Below, one piece after another: positions 26,304-39,610 of a stretch of 64,000 bases of DNA; within the stretch, counting starts at the first letter, position 1, and every line of letters starts with the position of its first letter. Location of the stretch: positions 10,049,836-10,113,835 of the forward strand of contig OZ176055.1 in the NCBI GenBank assembly GCA_964247055.1. The letters are read 5' to 3'. This stretch comes from Paragordius varius. Lineage: Eukaryota > Animalia > Nematomorpha. The translations under genes and the position numbers were made by a program. The notes under the pieces were generated by a model, which searched no databases, was not told where the DNA came from, and was given only the letters and a program-made list of their open reading frames with translations.

Positions 26304-29300
26304 ATGTATAAAAATTTATATTTTCTGCCTTATTTTTTCGGTCTTTTCTTGCGACCTCAGTATGCATTCGTGTTTGTTTCCAAAGCACCAACTTACTTTC
26401 AATATCAAAATGCTTCCGATTCAGAATTAACCGATAACTTTAACAAAATCGATGATATATCTGGTAATGTTGAGTTTTCCAACAATTTCAGTTTTGTGTA
26501 TGCCGAAAAAATACCGGATAATTATTTAAGTTCACAAATGCAAACCGAATTCCAAAGGCCAATAAGTCTCAAAGATAATCGCGAAATGTTAAAGGGCCGA
26601 ACATGGGAAGAATACGAATTAGTTCAAAGATATATGACATATCTTGATAATAATCAAACTACTGAATATAATAAAAGTTCTACCAAAAAAGTTTTTACTC
26701 CCTCAACCAAAAGCAATGGCCTATTTGAAACGGATATTGTTTTGACACCTCAAACCGCCCAATATTATTTCGGACGCAATTTTCCCCAAACAACGGAAGA
26801 GAATTTGAATTCAATATTACCCAAAAAAGTATCCAGAGTTTATAAAACATGGAAAGATACGATGCCAATCCGATATAAATTGGAAGACCTAGAAGGTAGA
26901 ATACATTAAATAATTGTTTCATTTTGATTAATATGAAATGTAAATAATCTTGATTAACTTAGTCCTAACTTTGTATAAGTACCTAATATTTTATAAAGCC
27001 TGAACAGTATATCATTTTTAGACATAGGGATTTATTGAAATAAAGTTAAACAGCAAAGACATGGAGATGATTGAATTTTAATCTATAGTAGCATTACCAT
27101 TAGGTGGATTTCAATTTTCTTCCCTATATTTAGTGTTTGATGGAATACAATATACCTTAGGTAAAAAGGACGTTTTAGATCTTACCTACTCCCCTTTTTT
27201 TAAAAACTCTATGATAATTCTTATGAATATTAAATCACCACATAAAATTATTTTTTTTAGATCCGTTGCTATATGACCAAATTATTGAAGCAATAAATCT
27301 TTGGCAAAATTTAACTTGCGTACGATTCCAAGCCATACCTGACAACTCAAATGAAACTGTCCAAGGAGATCATTTAGTATTTTTTTCTGGGGCTGGGTAA
27401 TTCATAATACCTCTTTCTTTCAAAAACAAAAGTTTACATTTACTATTGTTAGCTGTTGGTCGTACATTGGTAAAACAGGAGGAGAACAAACCATTTCAAT
27501 AACAACGAAATGTGCGAAAGTTAGTAATTATTATATTTATATCATTTTTAAGTCAAAAGCAACATTTTTTCAACCAAAGACAACATTTTTAGTTCCGTAG
27601 GTATGGAAAATGTTGCGGTTGGTTGAAAGACGTTGCTTTTGAAATGGTATTAAAGCAATTTGAAACAATCTTTTGCCGTAGATATATGGAATTTGTTTAA
27701 TATTAAAATTAATATTTTTTGTCATACCTTTTATGTATCGCACCTTGGCGGTAAATACATTATTTTTATGCCTTTGTTTTTTAAATATATCAATTTGTTG
27801 GGCCAAATAAAGCATGAAACTCAATAGATATTATCAAGTAAAAGTATTTATTACAGTAAATATTGTAATTGTACAGACACATATAATAAAAAGAGAAAAG
27901 ACATACTTTTTTAATCCTGAGTTATAGTATTAACTCAAACTGCATAGTATGAAATAGAGATGTAAATTGGTAATACAATTAATTATACATTTTGTATTTA
28001 AATAGTTGATATAGGAAAATGAAAGTTTACAAAAGTATGATAGTTTTTTATTTTTACGTTTTGTCCCTTTTTATAGTTTCGATTATTTTTACTGTAAAAC
28101 TAACGGCAGGTGGGTGAAATAGCTCATGAAATTGGTCACGCTTTAGGTCTTTGGCACGAACAAAGTCGACCAGATCGAGATTTTTATGTTGAAGTTCAAT
28201 ACCAAAATTTGGAGAATGATGCTTATCGTAATTTTGCCAAAGTTGCCAAAAATAATACCAAAATCCTAACTATCCCATACGATCTCAGTTCCATAATGCA
28301 CTATGATCCGCATGTATTGATTTTATACACAATTTACACTTAAATATACCCTTGAAGAATATTTCACCCTCGAACAATTCAAATTCACCCAAAAATAAAA
28401 AATGTGTTTATTATGATTAAAAATTACTTATATTTTTTAAAATCTTGATAAAATGTTGTTTAAAATTAAAATAATACTGAAAAAATAATAAACTATGCGC
28501 CATAAAGATATATTTCATATTAACACTTGGATACAACAAACTCATTTTAGTCCTTCGATTCAAATTGGGGTAGTTGGATACCCCAGGCCAGTTTGAAATC
28601 AAATACTTCAAAATGTATGGAAGGAATCGAAACCATGGCAAAATTTTGCATTTATATAACATTAATAAACCGAAATATATAAAAAAAATTATTTAAAAAT
28701 ACTTGATATTACTTATTTTAAGTTAAAACCGAAAGGTAAAAATTTCGTCAAGGTGACATCTGTCAAATAATAAAATTAAAAAATAATACAAAATAACCGC
28801 TTTTTCTATTTCTATCAATGTTAGATGTAATTTATATTAAAAATTAGCTTTAGTTTTACCCTTAAAATTAAATGAAGACGATATTTTGCAAAAATTTTGT
28901 AAAATAAAAATGGCGTCGAAGTAGTTTGAGATGGAACTTTTTTTTCAAAACAAAATTTTATCAAGATATTTTGGCATATTTATATAATTTTTATAAGGAT
29001 AGAAGCATAAATTTAAATTGGGACCGTTTACTTCAGTAGTTTTTTAAAAAGCTTAACTCAAATTTAGTCTGGGGTATTTAGAGACCCCAATTTGAATCGA
29101 AGTGTTAATGATGAGTTATGTTATGCCCAAACACACATAATTTATTTTTAGGGTGAATATTGCTCAGGGGTAAATTTGAATTGTTTAAGGGTGAATTTAA
29201 ATTGTTCAAGGGTGAGTTTGAGATGATTAAGGGTGAATTTGAATCGTTCAAGGGTGAATTGAATTGTAAATAGTATATTTATATTTTTATGTTTAAAAAA

Positions 29301-32300
29301 TTAGTTGTGTCCTGACACGCTTATGTAAGTATTATTTAAAAGCTTGTTTTAGGATATAAAGGTATCCGTTTATATATTCAAACAAGGTTTTGCATTTATA
29401 TTGAAAAAAGTTATGTTATAATTGAAAAAATTAAAATATATTAATAAAACTTGTTTTAATACTGTTAATAATACAATGATCAGCATTTCATTTTATTAAT
29501 TCTCGTGCTATTATCTACGGTAACTAATCGTGAATAATTAATTATTTTTACCAAAAAAATTTGCCTAAGACATATCCCTCTATTAAGGAATGAGAGGTAA
29601 TTCATGTTGCCATGAATATTGTCGATCAACATTCGGGAAATTTTTTGCGATTTTCGCAATATTTGTCAACAAATTAAATTACATAAATGAGGTTAAACCA
29701 CAAGGCAATACCCAATAAAACGCTTGACCGTGTCGCATTTAAAGGATATCCGTATATTTTAAGGCATGACAAATAAATATATTATTATTATAAAATATTT
29801 TTGTTTGTTATATTAGGCATTGTCCAAAAATGAGGAACCGACTTTGAAAACGTTAAAACCACGATTGCAACCTAGTATGGGCAACAGGGAATATCTAACA
29901 TTCTCTGACGCTAAGGCTATTAATGAAGAATATTGTCCAGGTACTATTGCATATATCAGAGAGTGATAATCATAATAGAAAATGCTTAAGAGAATAATCT
30001 TAATTTTAAATGAAAACATTAATATGCTATATACTGGGTTATTTTTTATTTTTGAAAAATTATTATAAATTCTGTCAAATTTTTGAAATCTGACTGATCA
30101 AGGACGGGTTGGGTGACCCATATTATAGAAAAAAGATGTGTATTATTAGGTCCAAAATACTTGATAACCTGATTTCAATTATACAGAGATATGTCAGATT
30201 TTTAGTTTTACATTTCATATATTAACGCTTTTCAAATTTGATGCCACATATAAAATTTAAATTATACGGACAAAACGTAAAATACAAAAATAATATTTAT
30301 TCTAAAATACAACCATACTTTTTTAAAGCATGATTTGATAAATCAAACTCATTGTTTAAAACTCCAAAGTACAGAATAGAGGGCATTTTGGTAACACAAT
30401 CAATTACATAATATACGATCGTTATTAAATGATTTCAATAGGAAAAATTAAGGTTTAAAAATAAAGCAGTTGTCTTTTGATAAAAAATATTTTTCTTTAA
30501 ATTTTTGCGTTTTGTCCGTATAATTTTATTTTTACTGTAATTATGAATTTTAGAAACTTGCGATTATGTTTATCGCGCAAGCAAATGTTATAGAAACGGA
30601 TATCCGAACCCTAATAATTGTACCCAATGCCTTTGTCCGGATGGCTTTAACGGTGGCCCTTACTGTGATCATTTAACACCGCATTCTCATCAACAAAGTT
30701 TCTTTTAATTTAAACTAAAATTATAAAAATTAATCATTTACAGTGTTGCAGTGAATATTGATATTATACAGAAATATTGTGAAAAATTTCAAGAGGCTGC
30801 CATATTTTCAAAACTTGAAATAGTATGTAAATTGGTAACATACCCAATTATATAAATACAAAGATGTTTTTAAATAGTTTATGTGGAAACAAAAAACAAA
30901 TGTTAAGAAGTATGGGGTTGTCTTTTAAAAAAGTAATAGTTGTCTTTATGTTTTTACGTTTTGCCTTAGAATTTATTTTTACTAAATATTCTTGGTTACA
31001 GGTTGTGGAAAAATTCAGATTTTTAGTAAGGAAACGCCAGAAAACCATATATACGTTAACCATAAAATAGAGCTAACTAATTTCACATCCACAAACGTTA
31101 TCAGTGATAATAATGAAAATGTCACTTTGATAGAATACGTTCAAATAAATGGCACTCGATTATTTGAATTCCAATGCACCTACCTTATAAAAGTAACGCA
31201 TAAATAAATGTATTTCCAAACATTAAACTGAAAGATTGGTAACTATATTATTGAATTATTTTTGGACAATACTATAGCGATATGCCTAAAATAAGCTTGG
31301 TAACTAATCTTAAATAAAAACCAGCCCAAGTTTGGGATCTAACACGGGTCCTAATTTACTTATTAAAAATTTTGATTCGGTGATTACCTCTACAGAAAAT
31401 TATTTGTAAAAATCTTTTAAATAACCAGTATTTTATAATCATTACCAACGTTAGATAACCTATTACATAAATGATATGATTAATAAAATTTTGTATATAA
31501 ATAATATAACGGAATCAAAAATAATTGGATGGTGACTTAAATTATTTTATATATTTTAATCATACAGTATAAGTATACTATAATTCAATTCACATATTTT
31601 TATAGGCAGGTTTATGCGAGGATATCACATTAGAAGTGACAAAACTCAATGTTCCTGGCCGCGCACCTGATAATGTTAGATGTTTGAATTGGGTCGAGAT
31701 ACGCACTTTGCAAGATTTGTCTCAAACTGGTGAAAGGTATATCAGCTATTACAGTAAAAATTGAATTTATACGGAAAAAACCTAATATTATAAAAACAAA
31801 TATATTCAAAAGACAACCACCATACTTTTTAACCTTAGTTTTTGCAATTAAAACTATTTTTAAAAATATGTATTTAAATGTGTTACCATAAAACTATATC
31901 TCTCAAATAGTATTTTTTTTAAATAAATCAAGACTCAAATTTAATCATTGTGTTTTAGAATAAAAATTTGCCTTTATAATTTTACGTTTTCCGTTAATTT
32001 TAATTTTACTACTGTACCTTTTGGTGTAGTTTAATATCCCACAGATTTGGTATTTGAATATCTTAAAAAATATTTAAGGTAAGGCCAAAATATTTGTTTT
32101 TAAGGCTTTTAGGCGCATTATATGTTTTAAGAAATGTAAAATTGTAAAAAAATATTCATCCAAAAAATATTTTCCGCCATTTTTTACTATAAATTTTTTT
32201 GAATCGCTAATGCAAAAGGCAAATAAATGCGTATCATGGTTAGAAAATGTAAATACTTAACTTAAAGCTTTTAAGCTACATTAACCAGCAAAAACTGATA

Positions 32301-33598
32301 TTTTATGATTTTAATATCAGCAGTTCGTTTCAATCGTGTTATGGAGCTCTCCCAATTACAGACGTTAAAGGTCACAAAACTGTAAATATAAGCTTTTTAT
32401 CTAATAAATAAAAACACTCGCATAGCCGATTATTAACCTTCAGCTGTTTTTATAAATTTTTTATGATATTACTAAATTAGTGTTACTATTATATTACCAT
32501 GCTTTATTTAAGGTTTTTAGATACGTTTTATTAGGTTAAATTTGTATTCGCAGATTTTTTTCGTACTAAGCTTTTCGGAGTTTTGAATCCCCAAGATCGT
32601 AAGATAAAAATTTGGTTTAAAATATTATTTGTGAAATTTACAACTATCCTAATGCCTTTATATAACCATTATCTCTTTGTCTATTAAATTTAAGGTTGTG
32701 CGGAACTAACTTTCCAAAAGATGCGATATTTTCAGCCATTGGACAAGAAATACTAATTCTCATACGATTTCACCGCATATCAGGATTAAATGAAACAAGC
32801 ATAACTTCGGAAAAAAATTCCATACAATTAGAATTTGAAGCCAAATACAAAATAAGTGATCAACTAATAATTTTACAAATATACATTACAAATATGCGGA
32901 CAAAACGGAAAATATAAAAACAAAATTAAGTATTTTGCAATTGTTTAAAATGATTTTTAGGATAAATTAAGGATTAAAAAAGTATGGTTGTTTTTTGAAA
33001 AATTGTGTCTTTATATTTTTGATTTTGTCGGTATAATTTTATACTGCTGTATATTCCATTATGGGGCGCAGAAAGATTATTTATATAAAACAAACATTAT
33101 TCAAATGTACAGTAAAAATTTAATTTTTTAAAGGGTAAACCATACTTTATAAAACCTAACATTTTCAAAATTATTTAAGTTTTTACCAATTTCCATCTAG
33201 CAACCAGTAAAAATTGAAATTGTACGGACAATGTAAAAATATAAAGACAAATATTTTTTTAAAAAAAATAACCATACTTTTTTGAATCTAAATTTTCCCA
33301 TTTAAATTATTTATACAATTATATTATATATAATGGGTGTTACCATTTAACATCCCTTTCTATACATGCAATTTTTAACAATCAAATTTTGATATTTTAA
33401 AATTTAAAAAGTGTGGCTGTCTTTTAAAAAAAATATTGTCTTACTTTGTGTCCGTATAATTCCATTTTTACTGCTGTATGTACATATAATATTTATCAAC
33501 ATATTTGATCGAAATAATTTATATTAAAAACATATACAGGTAAAAAAGAAGACTGTCAAAATCCGTATATTCAATTCGCAAAGAAACTTACCAACTAA
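26304..33598 (+). CDS. Secreted astacin (M12A) metalloprotease, signal-pro-astacin-EGF-CUB, 10 exons, copy 1
   Basis: Exons 26304-26895 (signal peptide, prodomain with LFETDIVL aspartate-switch-like motif), 27261-27396, ~27454-27519 (CWSYIG), ~28111-28313 (HEIGHALGLWHEQSRPDRD zinc motif, SIMHY Met-turn), ~29817-29940, ~30554-30689 (EGF-like CYRNGYPNPNNCTQCLCPDGFNGGPYC), three CUB-like exons (~31002, ~31606, ~32696), last exon ~33540 to TAA at 33596-33598. All introns are GT-AG. Confidence 0.9.
27854..28094. mobile_element. Family A Tc1/mariner-type MITE in an astacin intron (paralog ~41156-41396)
   Basis: TA-CAGTAAA...TTTTACGTTTTGTCC...TTTTTACTG-TA. Confidence 0.6.
28524..29104 (+). mobile_element. 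piggyBac-type MITE (family B), 581 bp, in an astacin intron
   Basis: TTAA at 28520-28523 and 29105-29108; ends CACTT...AAGTG; internal inverted repeat TTCGATTCAAATTGGGGT. The paralogous site 41822-41825 is an empty single TTAA. Confidence 0.9.
29148..29270 (+). repeat. ~21-bp minisatellite (AAGGGTGAATTTGAATTGTTC-like) with inverted copies at ~28349-28392
   Basis: About six tandem units here and about five in copy 2 (~41868-41960). Reverse-complement units upstream suggest subterminal repeats of an older foldback-like element. Confidence 0.6.
31752..32013. mobile_element. Family A Tc1/mariner-type MITE (paralog ~44452-44713)
   Basis: TA-CAGTAAAAATTGAATTTATACGG ... TTTACGTTTTCCG...ACTG-TA. 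Confidence 0.7.
33205..33473. mobile_element. Family A Tc1/mariner-type MITE (paralog ~45900-46168)
   Basis: CAGTAAAAATTGAAATTGTACGGAC ... GTCCGTATAATTCCATTTTTACTG. Confidence 0.7.
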
Positions 33599-34753
33599 AA
33601 TAATATTATTTTGACTCAATAAATATAGTATACTTGTCTTATTTTAAAACACTTTATTACCCTTTTAAGTATTTTTTACCTTAGAACGATTTAAAATTCG
33701 AATATCTTTAAAGCAATTCAAGATAATGGGCCAAATTAAAAATAAATTTTTAGCATTGAGCGCATGCTGTAAATTTTTGTTTAAAAAAATTATTGTAAAA
33801 TTTATTCATCTTAAAGCTTTCTCTCGGCTATTTGTTTGGAATTTATCGCTAATAAAACAGGCAAATATTACAAATAATTGTGAGAAAATGTAACCACAGA
33901 ATCGGGTTGGTTCCTTAACAATTTTAACATTTCCGGAACTGCGGATTTACATTTGGAACCGGTTTCATTTTGGTACCCGTATTTTAATTAAATGAATTTT
34001 CATACAACTTTATTATAATAATTATAGAGCTTTGTATTCTGGCAAATATGCAAAGTATATACATACGTTAGTAATGTTATGTATGTGAATTATAAACTGT
34101 AAACATGAAATTAATGTTTGAAATTATAGTGTGTTCAATATGAAACTTATTTTTAATTATAAAAATATAAAGCTAACTATTCCAAATCGTAAATTAAAAC
34201 AGAGTTTAAAAACTCACCAAATCTAAAAAACTGATCGATAGAGCTTTTTCTCACTTGAATCGTATGGGGAAAGGTATTTATAAGATGTATGAAATGTTTT
34301 GAAAAATTATACGCTAATTCAGCTTTGCATGTCAATTTTTTTATTTAAGCCTTTAATCATTTTTTAATTCAATATAATGGGTAAATTCCAAATATATAGT
34401 AGATAATGTTATTTAAAAAATCAAAATCTTTTACCGCATAATAACTATTGAATTCGAATCGCCACATTCCAATTTTTCCACATTATTATTGTAAGTGTTC
34501 TTTAATGACCCACTGAGATTTTTTAATTATAGTATTTAGCGTTAAGAAATATTCTTATGGTACATAGTATCAAAGACGCGTTTTTATCCGTTGTATTTAA
34601 TTTTATTCTTGTGCGATACCAATGCGAATTTTTTTGGTTGATAATATCAGAAAAATTATAATAACTTTTATGTTTTAACCACATTTATCCCTTCGCTAAT
34701 TATTATAATGAGGCTTATTATAGATATGGAATGATATATGATTCATATACGTA

Positions 34754-35043
34754 CAGTAAAAATTGAAATTATACGGACACAAAGTAAAAATATAAAGACA
34801 AATATTTTTTTCTAAAAGACTACCATACTTTTTATCACCTTTATGTTTCTCTTATAAGCTACTTAGTCACAATTGTAAAATTTAGAATTGGTTGTCTTAG
34901 TAATATATATATATATATATATATATATCTCTATTTCGCACTTGCCATTCCAAACAATGAGTGTAATTGAAAAAAATCATGATTAAAAAGTATATTTGTC
35001 TTTATATTTTTACGTTTTGTTTGTATAATTTTAGTTTTTACTG
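34754..35043. mobile_element. Family A Tc1/mariner-type MITE, clearest copy (paralog ~47447-47733)
   Basis: TA | CAGTAAAAATTGAAATTATACGGACACAAAGTAAAAATATAAAGACAAATA ... TATTTGTCTTTATATTTTTACGTTTTGTTTGTATAATTTTAGTTTTTACTG | TA. Further partial copies at ~16580, ~19820-20103, ~23330, ~30250-30537, ~32890-33050, ~37064-37304 and ~60770-60840. Confidence 0.8.
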
Positions 35044-35921
35044 TATATTTAAATAAAATAATGATTATTTACTGTTATAAATTTGCCAATAATGGTCAAT
35101 GACCTTTGCATCGCCACAATAACCCCGGTATTATATAGATTTTTTTTGATAATACATCCTAAAATCATGTTTTTGCATTATTTTACTTAAAATGTAATTT
35201 ATTAAACATGGCTGTAAAAATATAATATTGAGGTATAAAAATATTTGGTTTATCTAACAACTTTCATGTTCTTCTATATCAATAAAATCACGGATAGAAA
35301 AGAAGGGATAATTTAAATGATGAAATTGGTAGAAATTGTTTTTAGGAGCATTAAGTTTTGAATTTTTAATGATGGCTTTTGACGAATAGCATCATTCTGG
35401 TTTCTATTAAGACAAAAATATCGTTTAAGAATTAACTTTGTAGCAATAAAATTAAATGAACATCTTATAAGATGTGAAGATTGCAAATCTCACACAGTAT
35501 CTGCTAATGTTCCACTCATATTTAGGTTAAAATTCTTAAATAAAAATGGAAACATTTTAAAATTCGTAAAAACTTCGACATGTGTTTCCAACAAGGCCAG
35601 CCAGCACCTTGGACTTAAAAAACAATTCCCTCTTTTTAATTAATCCAAAAAATAATTGTCATTGTAATATTCGGATAAAGCAAATTATAATAAAAAAATA
35701 AGAATACTCGTCTAGACCTATCATGAAAATAGTCACAACAAATTTTAACAAATTCATCATTTAAATTATTCCTTGTTCGTGGTTTATTGATCCAAAAAAA
35801 ATCTGGAAAAACTTAAAATAAGACTATGGACGAAATACGTTACACGGATCTAAGTAGTAAAATAGAGCCAATATTAAATGGGTTATTTTTTCTTATTATT
35901 TTTAATTAATGGGAAAAAGAC

Positions 35922-36286
35922 CTGAGCAAAAAACACCGGGAACAAGGCTACGTAAAATGAATGCATGACAATTAGTTTCTTTTGAAGCGGTTTCAACGTG
36001 ATTCGACAGCTATATTATATAAAATATATTATCAAACTAAATAAAACTACATATTAAAAGTTATTAGCTTTATTTGAGATAAAATGGATCAAATTAGGAA
36101 TACTAAATCGAGCATTTCTAAGTTTAAGGCATTTTTTACAGTTGGCCTGTTTAACTCAATAGCATAAATTCCTACAATAATTTTTAATATACCTAAATTT
36201 TCATCGATTATTTTGAAAGTGCAGATATTCTTCACACCTCCCGTGTCAAATTTTTGAGACATGCAGTAAAATAATTTTAAACGCAT
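35922..36286 (-). pseudogene. AUH: 5'-only duplicate of the AUH-like gene (exons 1-3)
   Basis: MSQKFD..., [23 protein letters not shown] and [29 protein letters not shown] exons retain open frames and splice sites. The duplication breakpoint at 35251 lies in the following intron, so the catalytic exons are absent. Confidence 0.8.
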
Positions 36287-39200
36287 TTAAATTATCTCAT
36301 GCGAGACGATTTTTTTATAGTAAATCATATGCTAAACCTAATAAACAATATTAGTCTAGTTTTCAAAGCGAAAAGGAGTTTTTCGAACAAAATAATACAT
36401 TTGTTGTCGTTTTTGTAAAAAAAATAAATATCCATATGTATAAAAACTATGATAGTATTGTCCGTTAACTAAGAGTAATCATGGCAAATACAAATAAATT
36501 TAATATAAGGCTGCTCTACTCTTTAAAACTCTTTATAAAATATATTTAAGTGTTGTAAAATATTTTGCGATTCTAATAAACTACAAAAAATAAACCTGAC
36601 GAAATATATATTCTGATAGCAAATGTATTATAATCTTTTGGTTTTAAACCTTATGAATGATATAAAAAAGTTATTAACTTTTATGGTGGAAAATGGCAAA
36701 ATTTGAGCAAATTATTTGTAATAAAACTTTTAATGAAAGTTGATTTCCTAATTCCAAGAAACACTAAAATATATCATAAACTACCTATAAAGGCAAACCT
36801 ATATTTTTACAATAATTTAATTTTTGGATGTTGGCTGCGTCACATTTTTTCCCTTTTCTAAAATGAGCTAGTGCTTCCAAAATCAACGCAAAAATTTCGG
36901 GATTGCGTTATTTATGTAATATTTTATATAAAAAATTATTTTTAAAAAATACATTCATTATTTAGGCATGATGGAAACGGTATAAAAACGCTTTAATTAG
37001 TGAAAATACTTTTCTAATATAATAGACTTTCCTTTGGTAAATTTTCATAAAAAACACAATTCAGAGTAAAAATTGAAATTATGCGGACAAAACGTAAAAT
37101 TATAAAGACAAATATTTTTATATAAAAGACAACCATACTTTTTACAACCTTAAACCCATATAAGCTATTTAGATACAAATGTAATTGAATTAATTGTGTT
37201 AGTATGTATATTTACACACTTTGTCATTTAAAACAATGAGTTATATTGAAATAAGTCAAGATTTAAAAATTTTACGTTTCGTCCATATAATTTAAGTTTT
37301 TCTGTATGTTTTTAATATTGTTATAATTTTGTATAAACAATCTTATCATGCTATTTGGCTTTTTTTCCTTGTAAATAAATTAATTTAGAAGGGTCCAATT
37401 ACATTTACAGAACCCAAGTTTAAATAAATTTATGATTTCTGTTTTAATTATTCAATATATTTTATTAAAACTTAATTATATCAAAAAAATTATTAATCCA
37501 TTTTCCTAAAACCGACCCCCTTAATAACACCATTCCTTAATATCGACACCCATACTTTGAAAAGTATCTTTACAATGATTATACATTTCATAATTAAACC
37601 TACTTTGTGCATACATATACACATAAATATTCATTACTTTTTACGCGCCTTATTCGAATATTTTGGACAAAAAAACCCTACCGTTAGTAATATCTCGTTC
37701 GGTGCAGTAAAAATTGTCATTTATGCAGATGTTGTTATAATACTCTCTTTCTAAATATTGGTTTTTTACGAATCATTCTTAATCAAAAATCTGTGATAAT
37801 GTATGTTTTTTCAGAATTTCTTTATCACTAATTTTGTGGATAGTATAAGTGGGAATATGAAGAGCAGGATTCATTAGTTTTATTTATCAAAAATACTGAA
37901 ATTAACATCAGGATCCAAGTTCGAATCTATACTTTTATTTAATATTATTTACAATCAAGTAAATTAAAATATTTTTTAATGGTATGACAGAATATAGGTA
38001 TGCATATATTTTTAAATAGCTTTTTAATTGCGTGAACACATCAAATTCGGCAACATCTTCATCTTTTGCTGTTCGATCTGATTTAGATTTCCTGTCTTCA
38101 TCCGAATTTCTGTTATCATGACGGTTGTATTCCTCGTCATCTAAATAAGAAAAGAAAGATAATAAAAAACTTACCGGTAACTGTAACTGCACGTTAACTT
38201 GGGCAACATCCGCTCAAAAAATTTTAGAAAATTGGTTCTTAGGACGGGGTTATCTCACATCATTAATATTATTTGTTTTAATTATGAAATGTCAAGAAGC
38301 CAATATATTCCTATTTGAAATCGTAAATAAGATATCAACAAATCTTCCAATCAAATACTCGGTTTCATTTTTGTATTATGAGTAATCTTAGTCTTTATAA
38401 TTGAAAACGGTGTCGTGAATGGCTAAAACGAAATGGATAAACTCTCCAAATTTGGAAATAACCACTGATAAAATTAATTAATACCCCCTCTATCTGCCTC
38501 CATCATATTCATGACGATCCCTCGGATTTTTACTGGAATCAGAATATTGTCCTGAGATTTATCGGATGAGTGGTCATTTTTTTGCTTGAATCTTTTGAAT
38601 CTCTATCACGTTAACGGTGGGTTTTTTTCTCTGACCCTATTATTTCTAATGGCACCATCAATTTTTTTATTGTCTCATGATAACAATTTACGCATCTCAT
38701 GGACCAATAAACTAGAATTTCTATCATTTTTAGTGGATTGAATTTCATTGACAGGATTAGGAGTATAACCATGTATTAATGTGCTTTACTTTAAGTTGGC
38801 TATGATATCTGTATCCTTTCTTAGCTTTACGATTATTTAACTCGCTAAGAACAGCAAGTAGGCGTTGAGCAAACCCCTCTATGATTTAAATTGATAATAA
38901 GTAAGTATAGGTATAGTATTTAGGAATCTACAAATTATTTATATAAATTAACGAATTTTCTTACATTGATTTAAAATTTATATTTAAAAAAACCATAGTA
39001 AGGTGTCTATAAAATTAAATAAGAAAAGTGTTTCAATTGTAATATTGGTTTGAAGCCACAGTTTACCAAAATTAATCGGATTATTTTTATCAGCGATTTT
39101 CTCAACTATATTGTAAATACTAATGGACGAAATTGTCATATATTTACCTTATATTTGATAAAATATATATATAAATTGCCCAAGAAAACTATATCACATA

Positions 39201-39610
39201 CCGCTCGACAGTGATTACAAGCATTAAAAGAAAGAATTAAAATAAATAAAAGATAATTATATTTAGCTCCCAGCAAGATTTGATCATATTATAAATTATA
39301 AAGTAAACATATTAATATTATCATGACTCCTAAACCTATCAATCGATTTGAAGTTAATTTGTTTTTCAGGTAAAATTTTTATTTAATTGACACATAGATG
39401 ATTATAAATAATTCACTTATATTAAAAATTGTATTTTAAAAAATGTGCTATCAATGGGCGTTAAAAATTAAAAATTTTAACCAATTGTGGCGAAAAAAAT
39501 GTTTTTTTAACCTAAAATATTATTAAAAATATATTACACAGGATGATATTGTGTGTTCAAGGCTTTTTAACAATTTTTTGTGAAAAAGCAAATTTTTTTT
39601 TAAATTAATA

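Larger units (their letters stand above)
21559..35250 (+). repeat. Tandem segmental duplication, copy 1 (~13.7 kb)
   Basis: Sequence from ATCTAACAACTTT (~21559) recurs at 35251, and the copy 1 end GGTATAAAAATATTTGGTT (35250) recurs at 47940. Confidence 0.93.
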
